From Phyllobates terribilis (Eukaryota): DNA of 64,000 nt. Below, piece by piece: positions 47,792 through 58,334 of this stretch. The notes beneath the pieces were generated by a model. It saw nothing but the letters and a program-made list of their open reading frames with translations, was not told the origin of the DNA and did not search any database. The stretch covers positions 418,996,001-419,060,000 of the forward strand of contig NW_027362771.1 of assembly GCF_046119375.1 (NCBI RefSeq). The letters are read 5' to 3'. Numbering within the stretch: the first letter of the stretch is position 1; each line of letters opens with the position of its first letter. The translations under genes and the position numbers were made by a program.

Positions 47792-49428
47792 GGTGCATGA
47801 ACGGATTCCTCCACAAGACGCCCTCACAGCATACACACACCTCCACCTTCCACCTCAGACCACCAGAGGGAGCCCGTTAGGGATAGAAATAGGGAAGGTG
47901 GAGCTAGGCAGAGTAGTTCCTCTGAAGAGTTCCTGCAGTAGAGAAGCCTGAGAGAGGTCAGCCTGCAGTGGAGCTCAGTCCAGAGAGAGCTCAGGTTAGT
48001 GAGCCCAAGGCATGCCGACGCCATAAGAGCGGTGAAGTGCGGCAAGCTGCCGCTAGTGTGTACAGCCTAGTGAGGGCCTCGAGCGAGGCCGAAGGCTAGA
48101 GGAGTGAGTAGCATTGGGGGCAGAGGAGCTGTACAAGCTCACCCCAGAAAACAAATACCGGACACCGGGTCCGCGTCTACAGGGCCGTATATCCCCCTGT
48201 AGAGACAACCGGAGACCCCTGGAAGACTTCAGGTCCCAGGATCACCCAAGAGCTGATACGTAACAGAGCCATGAGTCATGGAGACCCCACAAGCTGGGAG
48301 TGTGTACTCCAAGAGAAGGCCCTACCACAAAGTCAGCCGGTGCAGGACAGAGACAAAGTTAGGCCTAGCTCCAGGCAGGTCAGAAACTTACCACACAAAG
48401 GCAAGAAACAGGAGGCCCTATACCCGCTCACTGGGGAGGATCCTGATATGCACCCTTCACCCTACAGTGCTCCGGGATGTGGCTGAATTTCCATCAGTAA
48501 AAGGTACTGAAGTGACTATTGTGTCTGTCCCTGTTTTTACTCTGGCCCGGCTGGGTCACCTCTGTCCTGCATCCCTGCATCTCATCTCCCCGCTGCCCTG
48601 AGGCCTAGCTCCACCTGTGGGGAGCTATACCATGCAAGCTGCCTTAACACCGGCCTCAGTGGACTGCCGCAGTACTGGTGATCCTCACCAGACACCACAG
48701 GTGGCGTCACGAACTTATATATATAATTATCCACTCCTTTTAAAAGAGAGGCCCAGGGTACGGCCCAGGGAGCCGACTACTGCGACATCCCCAAGATCAG
48801 ACAACAAGGCCCGGGCGCCGAGTCATCCCCATCCCCTAGGCGCGACACATGTGCAGATTTGTAGCATGGGCAGCCATTGCCCTGTAGATCACAGCTTCAG
48901 GAAGATGGCTGGAAAGCCACGCCCACAGCTCTGCCACACCGCTCACCAGCCCCTGCCTGCAGCTCTGCCATGCCGCTCACCGGACCTGGCCCGCAGCTCT
49001 GCCACACCGCTCACCTGCTCCGGTCTGCAGATCTGCCACGCCGCTCATGGGACCTGGCCCACAGCTCTGCTACACCGCTCACCGGACCTGGCCCGCAGCT
49101 CTGCCACGCCGCTCACCGGCCCAAGCCCGCAACTCTGTCACGCCGCTCACAGGCCCCGGTCCACAACCAGACCCCGGGCCCCAGCCGTCTCACCTCTTCT
49201 GCTGCAGCTGCCAGGTTCCTGAGGGAGGGAACAGAGGGCCCATCAATCCTGCTCCACCACCACTGCAACTCCTGGCTGCTGGAGCACCGGCTTCCTGAAG
49301 GACCCTGCCTCCTGTGACCCTCGCTCCACCGCCCCCCAGGTAAGATAACGTACCTATTCAGACTATAAGGCAGGCTCCCATCTTATAAAAGATATTTTTT
49401 TCCTATATTCCACCCCAAAATTACGTTA

Positions 49429-49501
<73 letters not shown>
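49429..49501. repeat. (CTAT)n microsatellite
   Basis: About 18 perfect tetramers. Confidence 0.97.
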
Positions 49502-49505
<4 letters not shown>

Positions 49506-49620
49506 CCGTTAGGAATTGTTCTGCTGGTTCGAGAGCAGTCACCCTTGCAGTCAAGTGACAACTAGAGTGTCAGCTATGTCGGTGAATAGAACACTGCAGG
49601 ACATGGCTGACATTCTAGTT

Positions 49621-49806
49621 CAGGGTTCCCCAACTCCAGTCCTCAAGGCCCACCAACAGGTCATGTTTTCAGGATTTCCTTAGTATTACACAGGTGATAA
49701 TTGCATCACCTGCACAGGCAATAATTCCATCACCTGTGCAATACTAAGGAAATCCTGAAAACATGACCTGTTGGTGGGCCTTGAGGACTGGAGTTGGGGA
49801 ACCCTG
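49621..49806. mobile_element. hAT MITE, 186 bp, almost fully palindromic
   Basis: CAGGGTTCCCCAACTCCAG...CTGGAGTTGGGGAACCCTG with 8-bp TSD TTCTAGTT. Confidence 0.93.
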
Positions 49807-50240
49807 TTCTAGTTGACTCATGAGAGCAGGTGTGCAAAGTGCATACTTGTAGTTACATAATAACTGCTGGAACCGGCAGAATCCAACCATGTACTGTATA
49901 TATTATATTAAATTATATGTCTGGCATCTACTTTATTCATTGTCTGTGGAACTGATGGAAATAGCTGAGTGCAGCGCTCAGCAGCTCTATAGATAATGAA
50001 TAGAGAAGAAACAAAACATGCACAATTCTGCTCCATTCTGGACTGCAGAGCCCTGTTCTCAGAATATCTGGGGAGCCCAGTGATCGAATCTCCAGGGATC
50101 AGCAATTATGCACAATCCAATATACCGTACATACACACACATATACATAATATACATACACATATGCCGTACATACACACAAGCACTTATGCCGTACATA
50201 AACACACACATATACCGTACATACACACACATCATACATA

Positions 50241-51458
50241 TGTAGCATCCCGAGGGCTCGGCTGCTACAGGGGTATTGCACCTCAAACCAGAGGTGTGAT
50301 ATTCCACTCCCGGGTAAGGATGGAGTGTGGACCAGGACTCAGTAAGCTGCATGCACCACACACACCCCATTTCCGAGGGACAGCTCAACCGTGCTCCCAC
50401 TAGACAGAAGTGCAGGCACGACAGCATCTGTCCCTGGCTGGAGTGGGGAGGGGAAGGAAAACCCAGTGGTGTAGGAGCAGATAGGGGTGGGTCTCTGGGT
50501 ATAGGTAGGAGCCTATTGGTTGCTAGTCACCTGGGCTCACACATAGAGGGAGGTATATAAGGTGGGCACCATCTTAGAACAGAGTTCAGTTCAGCCAGAG
50601 GAGAAGGACAGAAACAGCAGAGAGAACAGGAACAGAAGAGAAAGGAAACAAGGAACAGAACATTAAGAGAGGCCCAGAGACACGACAGAAGAAGGAACCC
50701 CATAGGCCCAGGAGATTGCGGGTGACGGGTTGGCAGAACAGGGTACCGGATCCCAAATTGGTGGAGGCGACTAATCCTCAGCCAAAGACCGGCGGTCGTG
50801 ACTATATCTTGGTGCGACCCCTCACTATACCTACCAGGAAGGCACACCACATAGGGTCAGGGACGCAGAAATCAGCATACTAAGAGAAGGCCAAAGGCAG
50901 CCAGACAAACGTAGAGTCACTGGTGGGGCACGGCCAGAGAAGGGAAGAGAAGGGAGCCCTGTGCCACGCTCTGGAATTGCCTGTGAGTTGGTCGAGCCCC
51001 TTGCCTGGTGGACGCAGCACGGCTTGGGCAGTCACCGCCGGTGCCGAGGTGACTAGGACCAGTAAAGAACTGTGAGTAAAGCATTGGAAACTGCAACCAC
51101 ACGTCTCTGTGCTTCTTCGCCGCACCAGCACCACCAGTGCTGGGACGCTCGTGCACCATCACTCCCATCATCCGCACTAACTGCCCTGAGGCTATACTTC
51201 TCCCGTGGGGAGTCGTCCCATACTTGGCTGCGCATACAACATCAGCCTCAGTGGTCTGCATCGCAGCAGCGGTCCCCACTGACCGTAATCCACGGGTGGC
51301 GTAGTCGGACAATTATAATACTACTAAGTCTGCCACTGGTTTGACCACCCTGGGTACGGACCGGGTCATCGCCACGGAGACTACAACCCCCAGCGATCCG
51401 GCTCCGGGTATTCCCCGCATACACGTGCAAGCACAACACAGGCCCAGGGGGCGAGTCA
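50241..51458 (+). repeat. 5' LTR of CSD element
   Basis: TGTAGCATCCCGAGGG...GGGGGCGAGTCA, followed by ACTT and the PBS. Confidence 0.95.
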
Positions 51459-51462
51459 ACTT

Positions 51463-51487
51463 TGGCGTAGTCGGCAGGATTCAAACC
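51463..51487 (+). promoter_or_regulatory. tRNA-Ser primer-binding site (extended match)
   Basis: TGGCGTAGTCGGCAGGATTCAAACC; first 19 nt identical to the PBS of the autonomous Gypsy. Confidence 0.92.
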
Positions 51488-51897
51488 AGCCCGCTACCAC
51501 CGGGTACTGCGCGCCTTCAGAGACTGAGATACTTACTGTGGTGAAGTTTTCCCGCCATCCGGAGTCATTTCCCGCCATTGGACGCCATCATGGGTCGTTT
51601 CCCGCCATCTTCATCCGTTTTTCCCGCCCCGGCAGAGCGGACGCCATTATGTGCGCACCAAATGACAGCAGGAAGCCGCCTCCCATTGTGGGCCAGGTCC
51701 CAGAGTGGCGCCAGAGAAGGGGCCCGCCCCCAGCAACTATGAGTGCAGCAATGGAGATGTCCATCAACGTGGGGGGGCTGCCCCTAAAGGTGATTGTCAG
51801 CAGATGCCCCCAAGACCACCCCCCATAGGGGCGGATAGGAAAGAAAACTGTGGGGCCGCGTGCGGCCTGGATCAGTCAGGACACACCACACCCGGAG

Positions 51898-53280
51898 ATG
51901 GAAGGAGCCGCAAACCCCACCAGCACCCTGGCCCACAGCCTGCTGCAGGCCGAACCACCGTGCAGCCTGACGGAGTTGCTGGCGCAGCTGCCCAGAGACC
52001 CGGAGTGTGCGCGAGTAGCGCTAGAAGATCTAAATCGGAGGATGGTCCGGGCGCAGCGAGATGTGTTTGCCGGGTGGAAGGAGGAGTTGGCCCGGCAGCA
52101 CGTAAACCGCCAGCAGGAGACAACACCAGGGCCGGGCAGCACGCCTGCCTCCGAGGGCGGTGAAGGTGGACCGGCAGCTGCGGACGCCGCCGCGGAGGAG
52201 GCCACAGAGACTGAGGCAGGTAACGGGGACGTCATCACCCCAAACCCTGAGGCCACCAGCCGGCCCCCACCTTCCGTTGCGGGACCCGAAGCCCCGGGGA
52301 CCGTACCTGACACCACGCCTCCACCGCCGCCAGCTAGGCCTCAGGCTGCAAGCGTCGCTGTCACGCCCCGCCCCACGCTGTGCCCTTTGAACCCGGGCGC
52401 AGTAAAGAGAGAGACGTCACAGGCCGGGACGCAAGGCCTAGTGCACCCGGGCGCCACTGCCTCACCAGCACCCCCTACCTTGACTGTGCCACTCCCGGGC
52501 ACAACCAGCAGACGACCACCGGCCTGGTCGCAAGGCCGAGTGCCCCCGGGCGCTGCTCCCCGACTGGGGTCCCCTGCCATACCACCGCTGGGCGTGGACC
52601 TGTTTGCCCATCATACTGGTCCGGATGGACTGCTGCTGGAATGGCCGGCTGAACTGACCAGCGGTCAGCCCTGGAAAACCCAGCCCCCGCGCGAGCCTCT
52701 GATACCGGCTCCGGAGCCCGTACAGAACACCCCGCTCCCGCTGGAAGACGCCCAATTTGAGTGGGACCCCACTGGCGAAAATCTAATGGGGTTCCCCCAA
52801 GAAACCCGGGCGGACACAGCCTGCCGCTTGGAGTCCTGCCGTCAGCAGCTGGCGATCTTCGAGAGAGAGCGGCGGCAGAGACGCATCAGGGAGGAGCGAC
52901 TCCAAGCCCGGAGCGCGGAACAAAAGCGGAGGGCCCGCCAGGACTCCCAAGCCATTCGCGGTCCTCGAACCACCGGGACCGTGGTAAAGTTCCAGCTGGA
53001 GCACGGCTGGGGCTTCATTAGATACCCGCAGGCCGCAACCGACGTCTTCGTGACCAGAAGAGACGTTGAGAGCCACCTGCCAGAGGGACATCACGGACGT
53101 GACCTGTACCCTGGTGACGTGGTCACTTACACCCGGCACAAGGGCGCTAAAGGACTGTACGCCCTCCATGTCCACCGCTTGACCGAGGAGGAACTGCGGT
53201 ATCGCCCAGACACTGAGTACCCTGAGGGTCCGGACGGACCTGAAGACTACCCAGTAGAGCAAGGAGGACATCATTATTGA
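51898..53280 (+). CDS. 460-aa protein: helical N-terminus, Pro-rich linker, Arg/Glu-rich coiled coil, C-terminal cold-shock domain (about 52972-53181), acidic tail
   Basis: First in-frame ATG at 51898 (track start 51850 is GTG). TGTVVKF..EHGWGFI (RNP1-like), DVFVT (RNP2-like), LYPGDVVTY...GAKGLYALHV align by eye with CspA TGIVKWFNADKGFGFI...DVFVH...GAKGPAAGNV. Confidence 0.88.
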   Translation: MEGAANPTSTLAHSLLQAEPPCSLTELLAQLPRDPECARVALEDLNRRMVRAQRDVFAGWKEELARQHVNRQQETTPGPGSTPASEGGEGGPAAADAAAEEATETEAGNGDVITPNPEATSRPPPSVAGPEAPGTVPDTTPPPPPARPQAASVAVTPRPTLCPLNPGAVKRETSQAGTQGLVHPGATASPAPPTLTVPLPGTTSRRPPAWSQGRVPPGAAPRLGSPAIPPLGVDLFAHHTGPDGLLLEWPAELTSGQPWKTQPPREPLIPAPEPVQNTPLPLEDAQFEWDPTGENLMGFPQETRADTACRLESCRQQLAIFERERRQRRIREERLQARSAEQKRRARQDSQAIRGPRTTGTVVKFQLEHGWGFIRYPQAATDVFVTRRDVESHLPEGHHGRDLYPGDVVTYTRHKGAKGLYALHVHRLTEEELRYRPDTEYPEGPDGPEDYPVEQGGHHY

Positions 53281-53936
53281 ATAAACGGTAAAATGAACTG
53301 TATATAGTTACCCGTCAGGGTATAAGAACTGTTACTGAATTGGAGTATGGTCCCCGTTGGGACTAATGTGGAGCTGTTCCATGCCAAAGTTGCCATTATA
53401 ACCTTTACCAGGCTGAGGACTGTGAACAGCCATTCCCCCTTACCAACTGGCCGAGGACTGGGAACGGCCAATCCCTTGTAAATAGTTGTGCTTCTTAAAG
53501 CGCCCCCTACTGGTTTTATAAAAGAACTGCAACGTCTACCTCAGGACGAATTAAATGGATTGTTGCACCCTTAAGAGAAAGTGAACACCTGGTCGCGAGT
53601 TGCACAGCGGCCAGAACTCAAGAATGTGTTTTTGAAAAAGAAAAATGTTTCACTTGAAAATGTTTTATATGAAAAGGTTTTATATGCTGCTAGAGTAATA
53701 ATGCAAATGTTTTATGTAATGTTTTATATGCTAAAAGAGTTCCGGTAGTTTTGACCATAGCTAGTGAAAGAAGAATGTTAAAGAAAAGAAAAAGTGTACC
53801 AGTAACGTTAAAAGGGAAAAGTGCCTCCCATAAAGGGATGGGTTAATAGTGTCTTATATGCGAATGCATTCTAAAAATTTTGTATGTTTAAATTGTTTTT
53901 ATTCTTTTCCAGCCCGAGGACGTGCTGTGATTTACC

Positions 53937-53945
53937 AGGGGGGAA
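53937..53945 (+). promoter_or_regulatory. Polypurine tract AGGGGGGAA
   Basis: Abuts the 3' LTR; identical to the PPT of the autonomous Gypsy. Confidence 0.9.
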
Positions 53946-55163
53946 TGTAGCACCCCGAGGGCTCGGCTGCTACAGGGGTATTGCACCTCAAACCAGAGGT
54001 GAGATATTCCACTCCCGGGTAAGGATGGAGTGTGGACCAGGACTCAGTAAGCTGCATGCACCACACACACCCCATTTCCGAGGGACAGCTCAACGGTGCT
54101 CCCACTAGACAGAAGTGCAGGCACGACAGCATCTGTCCCTGGCTGGAGTGGGGAGGGGAAGGAAAACCCAGTGGTGTAGGAGCAGATAGGGGTGGGTCTC
54201 TGGGCATAGGTAGGAGCCCATTGGTTGCTAGTCACCTGGGTTCACACATAGAGGGAGGTATATAAGGTGGGCACCATCTTAGAACAGAGTTCAGTTCAGC
54301 CAGAGGAGAAGGACAGAAACAGCAGAGAGAACAGGAACAGAAGAGAAAGGAAACAAGGAACAGAACATTAAGAGAGGCCCAGAGACACGACAGAAGAAGG
54401 AACCTCATAAGCCCAGGAGATTGCGGGTGACGGGTTGGCAGAACAGGGTACCGGATCCCAAATTGGTGGAGGCGACTAATCCTCAGCCAAAGACCGGCGG
54501 TCGTGACTATATCTCGGTGCGACCCCTTACTACACCTACCAGGAAGGCACACCACATAGGGTCAGGGACGCAGAAATCAGCATACCAAGAGAAGGCCCGA
54601 GGCAGCCGGACAAACGTAGAGTCACTGGTGGGGCACGGCCAGAGAAGGGAAGAGAAGGGAGCCCTGTGCTACGCTCTGGAATTGCCTGGGAGTTGGTCGA
54701 GCCCCTTGCCTGGTGGACGCAGCACGGCTTGGGCAGTCACCGCCGGTGCCGAGGTGACTAGGACCAGTAAAGTACTGTGAGTAAAGCATTGGAAACTGCA
54801 ACCACACGTCTCTGTGCTTCTTCGCCGCACCAGCACCACCAGTGCTGGGACGCTCATGCACCATCACTCCCATCATCCGCACTAACTGCCCTGAGGCTAT
54901 ACTTCTCCCGTGGGGAGTCGTCCCATACTTGGCTGCGCATGCAACATCAGCCTCAGTGGTCTGCATCGCAGCGGTGGTCCCCACTGACCGCAATCCACGG
55001 GTGGCGTAGTCGGTCAATTATAATACTACTAAGTCTGCCACTGGTTTGACCACTCTGGGCACGGACCGGGTCATCGCCACGGAGACTACAACCCCCAGCG
55101 ATCCGGCTCCGGGTATTCCCCGCATACTCGTGCACGCACAACACAGGCCCAGGGGGCGAGTCA
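53946..55163 (+). repeat. 3' LTR of CSD element
   Basis: Direct repeat of 50241-51458. Confidence 0.95.
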
Positions 55164-55234
55164 CATACACACACATATTCCGTACATACACACAAATCAT
55201 ACATACACACACATATATACTGTACATACACATA

Positions 55235-56812
55235 CAGTAGGGAAAATAATTATTTGATCCCTTTCTATTTTTGTAAGTTTGCCCACTGACAAAGACATGA
55301 ACAGTCTATAATTTTAAGGGTAGGTTAATTTTAACATTGAGAGATAGAATATCCAACAAAAAAATAAAGAAAATCACATTGCATAAATTAGATAAATTTA
55401 TTTGCATTTTGCTGTGAGAAATAAGTAGTTGATCCCCTACAAACCATTATGAGTTCTGGCTCCTACAGACCAGTTAGACGCTCCTAATCAACTCGTTACC
55501 TGCATTAAAGACAGCTGCCTTACATAGTCACCTGTATAAAATACTCCTGTCCACAGACTCAATCAGTCAGACTCTAACCTCAACAACATGGGCAAGACCA
55601 AAGAGCTTTCTAAGGATGTCAGGGACAAGATCATTGACCTGCACAAAGTGGGAATGGGCTACAAAACCATAAGTAAGACACTGGATGAGAAGGAGACAAC
55701 TGTTGGTGCAATAGTAAGAAAATGGAAGAAATACAAAATGACTGTCAATCGACATCAATCTGGGGAACCATGCAAAGTCTCACCTCGTGGGGTATCCTTG
55801 ATCATGAGGAAGGTGCGAGAACAGCCTAAAACTACATGGGGGGAAATTGTTAATGATTTCCATGCAGCTAGGACCACAGTCACCAAGAAAACCATTGGTA
55901 ACACATTACGCCTTAAAGGCTTAAAATCCTGCAGTGCCCACAAGGTCCCCCTGCTCAAGAAGGAACATGTGCAGGCCCGTCTGAAGTTTGCCATTGAACA
56001 CCTGGATAATTCTGTGAGTTATTGGAGAAGGTTTTGTGGTCAGATGAGGCAAAAATTGAGCTCTTTGGCATTAACTCAACTCACCATGTTTGGAGGAAGA
56101 AGAAGGAGGAGTACAACCCTAAGAACATCGTCCCAACCGTGAAACATGGTGGGAGAAACATTATACTTTGGGGGTGCTTTTCTGCAAAGGGGACATGACG
56201 ACTGCACCGTATTGAAGGGAAGATGGATGGGGTCATGTATAGCGAGATTTTGGCCACCAACTCTTTCCCTCAGTAAGAGCATTGAAGATGGGTTGTGGCT
56301 GGGTCTTCCAGCAAGACAATGACCCAAAACATACAGCCAAGGCAACAAAGGAGTGACTCAAAAAGAAGCACAGTAAGGTCATGGAGTGGCCTAGCCAGTC
56401 TCCAGACCTTAATCCCATAGAAAACTTATGGAGGGAGTTGAAGCTCCAAGTTGCCAAGCGACAGCCTCAAAATCTTAATGATTTAGAGATGATCTGCAAA
56501 GAGGAGTGGACCAAAATTCCTCCCAACATGTGCGCAAACCTCATCATCAACTACAAAAAATGTCTGACTGCTGTGCTTGCCAACAAGGGTTTTGCCACCA
56601 AGTATTAAGTGTTGTTTGCCAGAGGGATCAAATACTTATTTCTCACTGTAAAATGAAAAAGAAAAATTATCTAATATATCCAATGTGATTTTTTGGGGGA
56701 TATTCTATCTCTCAATGTTAAAATTAACCTACCCTTAAAATTATAGACTGTTTATGTCTTTGTCAGTGGGCAAACTTACAAAAACAGCAAGGGATCAAAT
56801 ACTTATTTCCCT
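55235..56812 (+). mobile_element. Tc1-like DNA transposon, right terminus clipped
   Basis: TA|CAGTAGGGAAAATAATTATTTGATCC with long TIRs; right TIR ends ...GGATCAAATACTTATTTCCCT and fuses to another Tc1 fragment. Confidence 0.9.
55588..56608 (+). pseudogene. Tc1 transposase with frameshifts and stop
   Basis: [16 protein letters not shown]..., [25 protein letters not shown] spread over different frames; TGA at a conserved W. Confidence 0.92.
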
Positions 56813-56816
56813 TGCT

Positions 56817-57262
56817 TGTTTCACACTTTTTTTGTTAAGTATATAATTCCACATGTGTTAATTCATAATATTGATGCCTTCAGTGTGAATGTACAATTTT
56901 CATAGTCATGAAAATGCAGAAAAATCTTTAAATGAGAAGGTGTGTCCAAACTTTTGGTCTGTACTGTATATATATATATACAGTACAGACCAAAAGTTTG
57001 GACACACCTTCTCATTTAAAGATTTTTCTGTATTTTCATGACTATGAAAATTGTACATTCACACTGAAGGCATCAAAACTATGAATTAACACATGTGGAA
57101 TTATATACTTTACAAAAAAGTGTGAAACAATTGAAAATATGTCTTATATTCTAGGTTCTTCAAAGTAGCCACATTTTGCTTTGATGACTGCTTTGTATAC
57201 TCTTGGCATTCTCTTGATGAGATTCAAGAGGTAGTCACCGGAAATGGTTTTCACTTCACAGA
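56817..57262. mobile_element. Two ends of a second Tc1 family back to back across (TA)7
   Basis: ...CCAAACTTTTGGTCTGTACTG (TA)7 CAGTACAGACCAAAAGTTTGG...; arms about 150 bp. Confidence 0.8.
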
Positions 57263-58295
57263 TATATATAAACACAAAACACACATCATAAAAACAGGTA
57301 AGGTAAGGAAGAAAAAATAGTGCATTAAAATATGTATCTTATAGAAAGGGATGGATGTACCACATAAATTAATTATTCATAGTAACGAGCAGTATACAAG
57401 ACTAAGTTGGTTTCTACTAACTACTGAGAAGGTTGCACAGATTATACCAGATTGTTTTCCGAACAAGGAAGATCCATTCAGAAATGCAATTAATAGAAAA
57501 TATAAAATAAGATCTACCAATACATTGACGGGGAATAAAATCTAATATTTAAACAGCCAAGAATTGCATCAATCTACCCACATGTGCTACCAAGGTGTAT
57601 ATCCACCTAATACTTCAGATGTGCTGAAAAGATAAGGATTGCATCAAACTGCCCACATTTACTGTCAAAGTATATATAACCAATTTCAAGTGCGGGTATG
57701 CCAGAAAGACTATTATAAGGTAAGGTTTATTCAAAGAAATCCTTTTTGCACATATTGCTACTTTAAAGTGCAGATGTGCTGGATAGACAGGGATTGCATC
57801 AAATTGCCCATATGTACTATCAAAATCTATAGTCAATTTAAAGTGCAAATATGCCGGAAAGACTATTATAAGGCAAGATTCTTTCAGAGAAATTCTTTTT
57901 ACATGGCCCAATTATTCAATAAATTTATCAGATACATGTACAATCTGCAAGAAATCAATTATCCAAATGATTAGTACTTCTCACAGGTACAGCTACATAG
58001 AAAAAGATTGGCAACCCTGTCCCACTTATAATTCAAATAGGTGGCCTAGCAAAAACACCTATCATATGACCAAAAATACAATTACTTGCAGCAATTTCAT
58101 ATTTTGTTCTATGCTTGGCACTAATCAATTATCCATAGGTGACCCATATCACTGAATGCCAAGTAATTTAATGCATATCTTACTCAGACCACCTGTAAAT
58201 GAGATGGACAAGAAAGCGACTAGTAATGTCCATATGAGGAAGCCCATGTACATAGAAATACCCAACCTGAGTGGCACAACTCATCCTTCTCCACC

Positions 58296-58334
58296 ACCTC
58301 CAAAGCGTGTTTCACTTCTGCTTCGTCAGGGAGT
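58296..58334 (-). ncRNA. Degenerate hammerhead motif in a PLE 3' region
   Basis: CTCC-CTGACGA-agcagaagt-GAAA-CACGCTT-TGGAG. Confidence 0.5.

Larger units (their letters stand above)
45132..48847 (+). mobile_element. Outer solo LTR (1076 bp net), TSD CATG
   Basis: CATG|TGTGCCACAG...CCTAGGCGCGACA|CATG; interrupted after 24 bp by the middle LTR. Confidence 0.8.
44862..49400. mobile_element. Tc2-like MITE hosting the nested solo LTRs
   Basis: CCGTATTTTTCGGACCACAAGAAGCAC end motif. Perfect 29-bp inverted repeat at 45055-45083 / 48881-48909 brackets the insertions. ~34-bp tandem repeat at about 48920-49160. Right end not clearly seen. Confidence 0.55.
50241..55163 (+). mobile_element. Non-autonomous LTR retroelement (4923 bp) carrying a cold-shock-domain ORF instead of gag-pol
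   Basis: Two 1218-bp LTRs (TG...CA, about 28 differences by eye), TSD CATA (50237-50240 / 55164-55167), tRNA-Ser PBS, PPT, 2487-bp interior with one long ORF. Confidence 0.95.

Noticed and set aside
45198-48601. Many 60-200-aa ORFs in the nested LTRs (also in other LTRs)
   Set aside because: Recur only because LTRs repeat, and frames are not preserved between diverged copies.
51463-51487. tRNA-Ser gene
   Set aside because: Only the complement of the 3' 25 nt including CCA is present; it is a PBS.
52972-53181. Bacterial cspA contamination or a host YBX/LIN28 gene
   Set aside because: The domain is fused in an intronless ORF between LTRs with a TSD in vertebrate repeat DNA, and is too diverged from Y-box (GTVKWFN...GYGFI) or Lin28 (no CCHC knuckles) to be a recent retrocopy. 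Its ultimate origin remains open.
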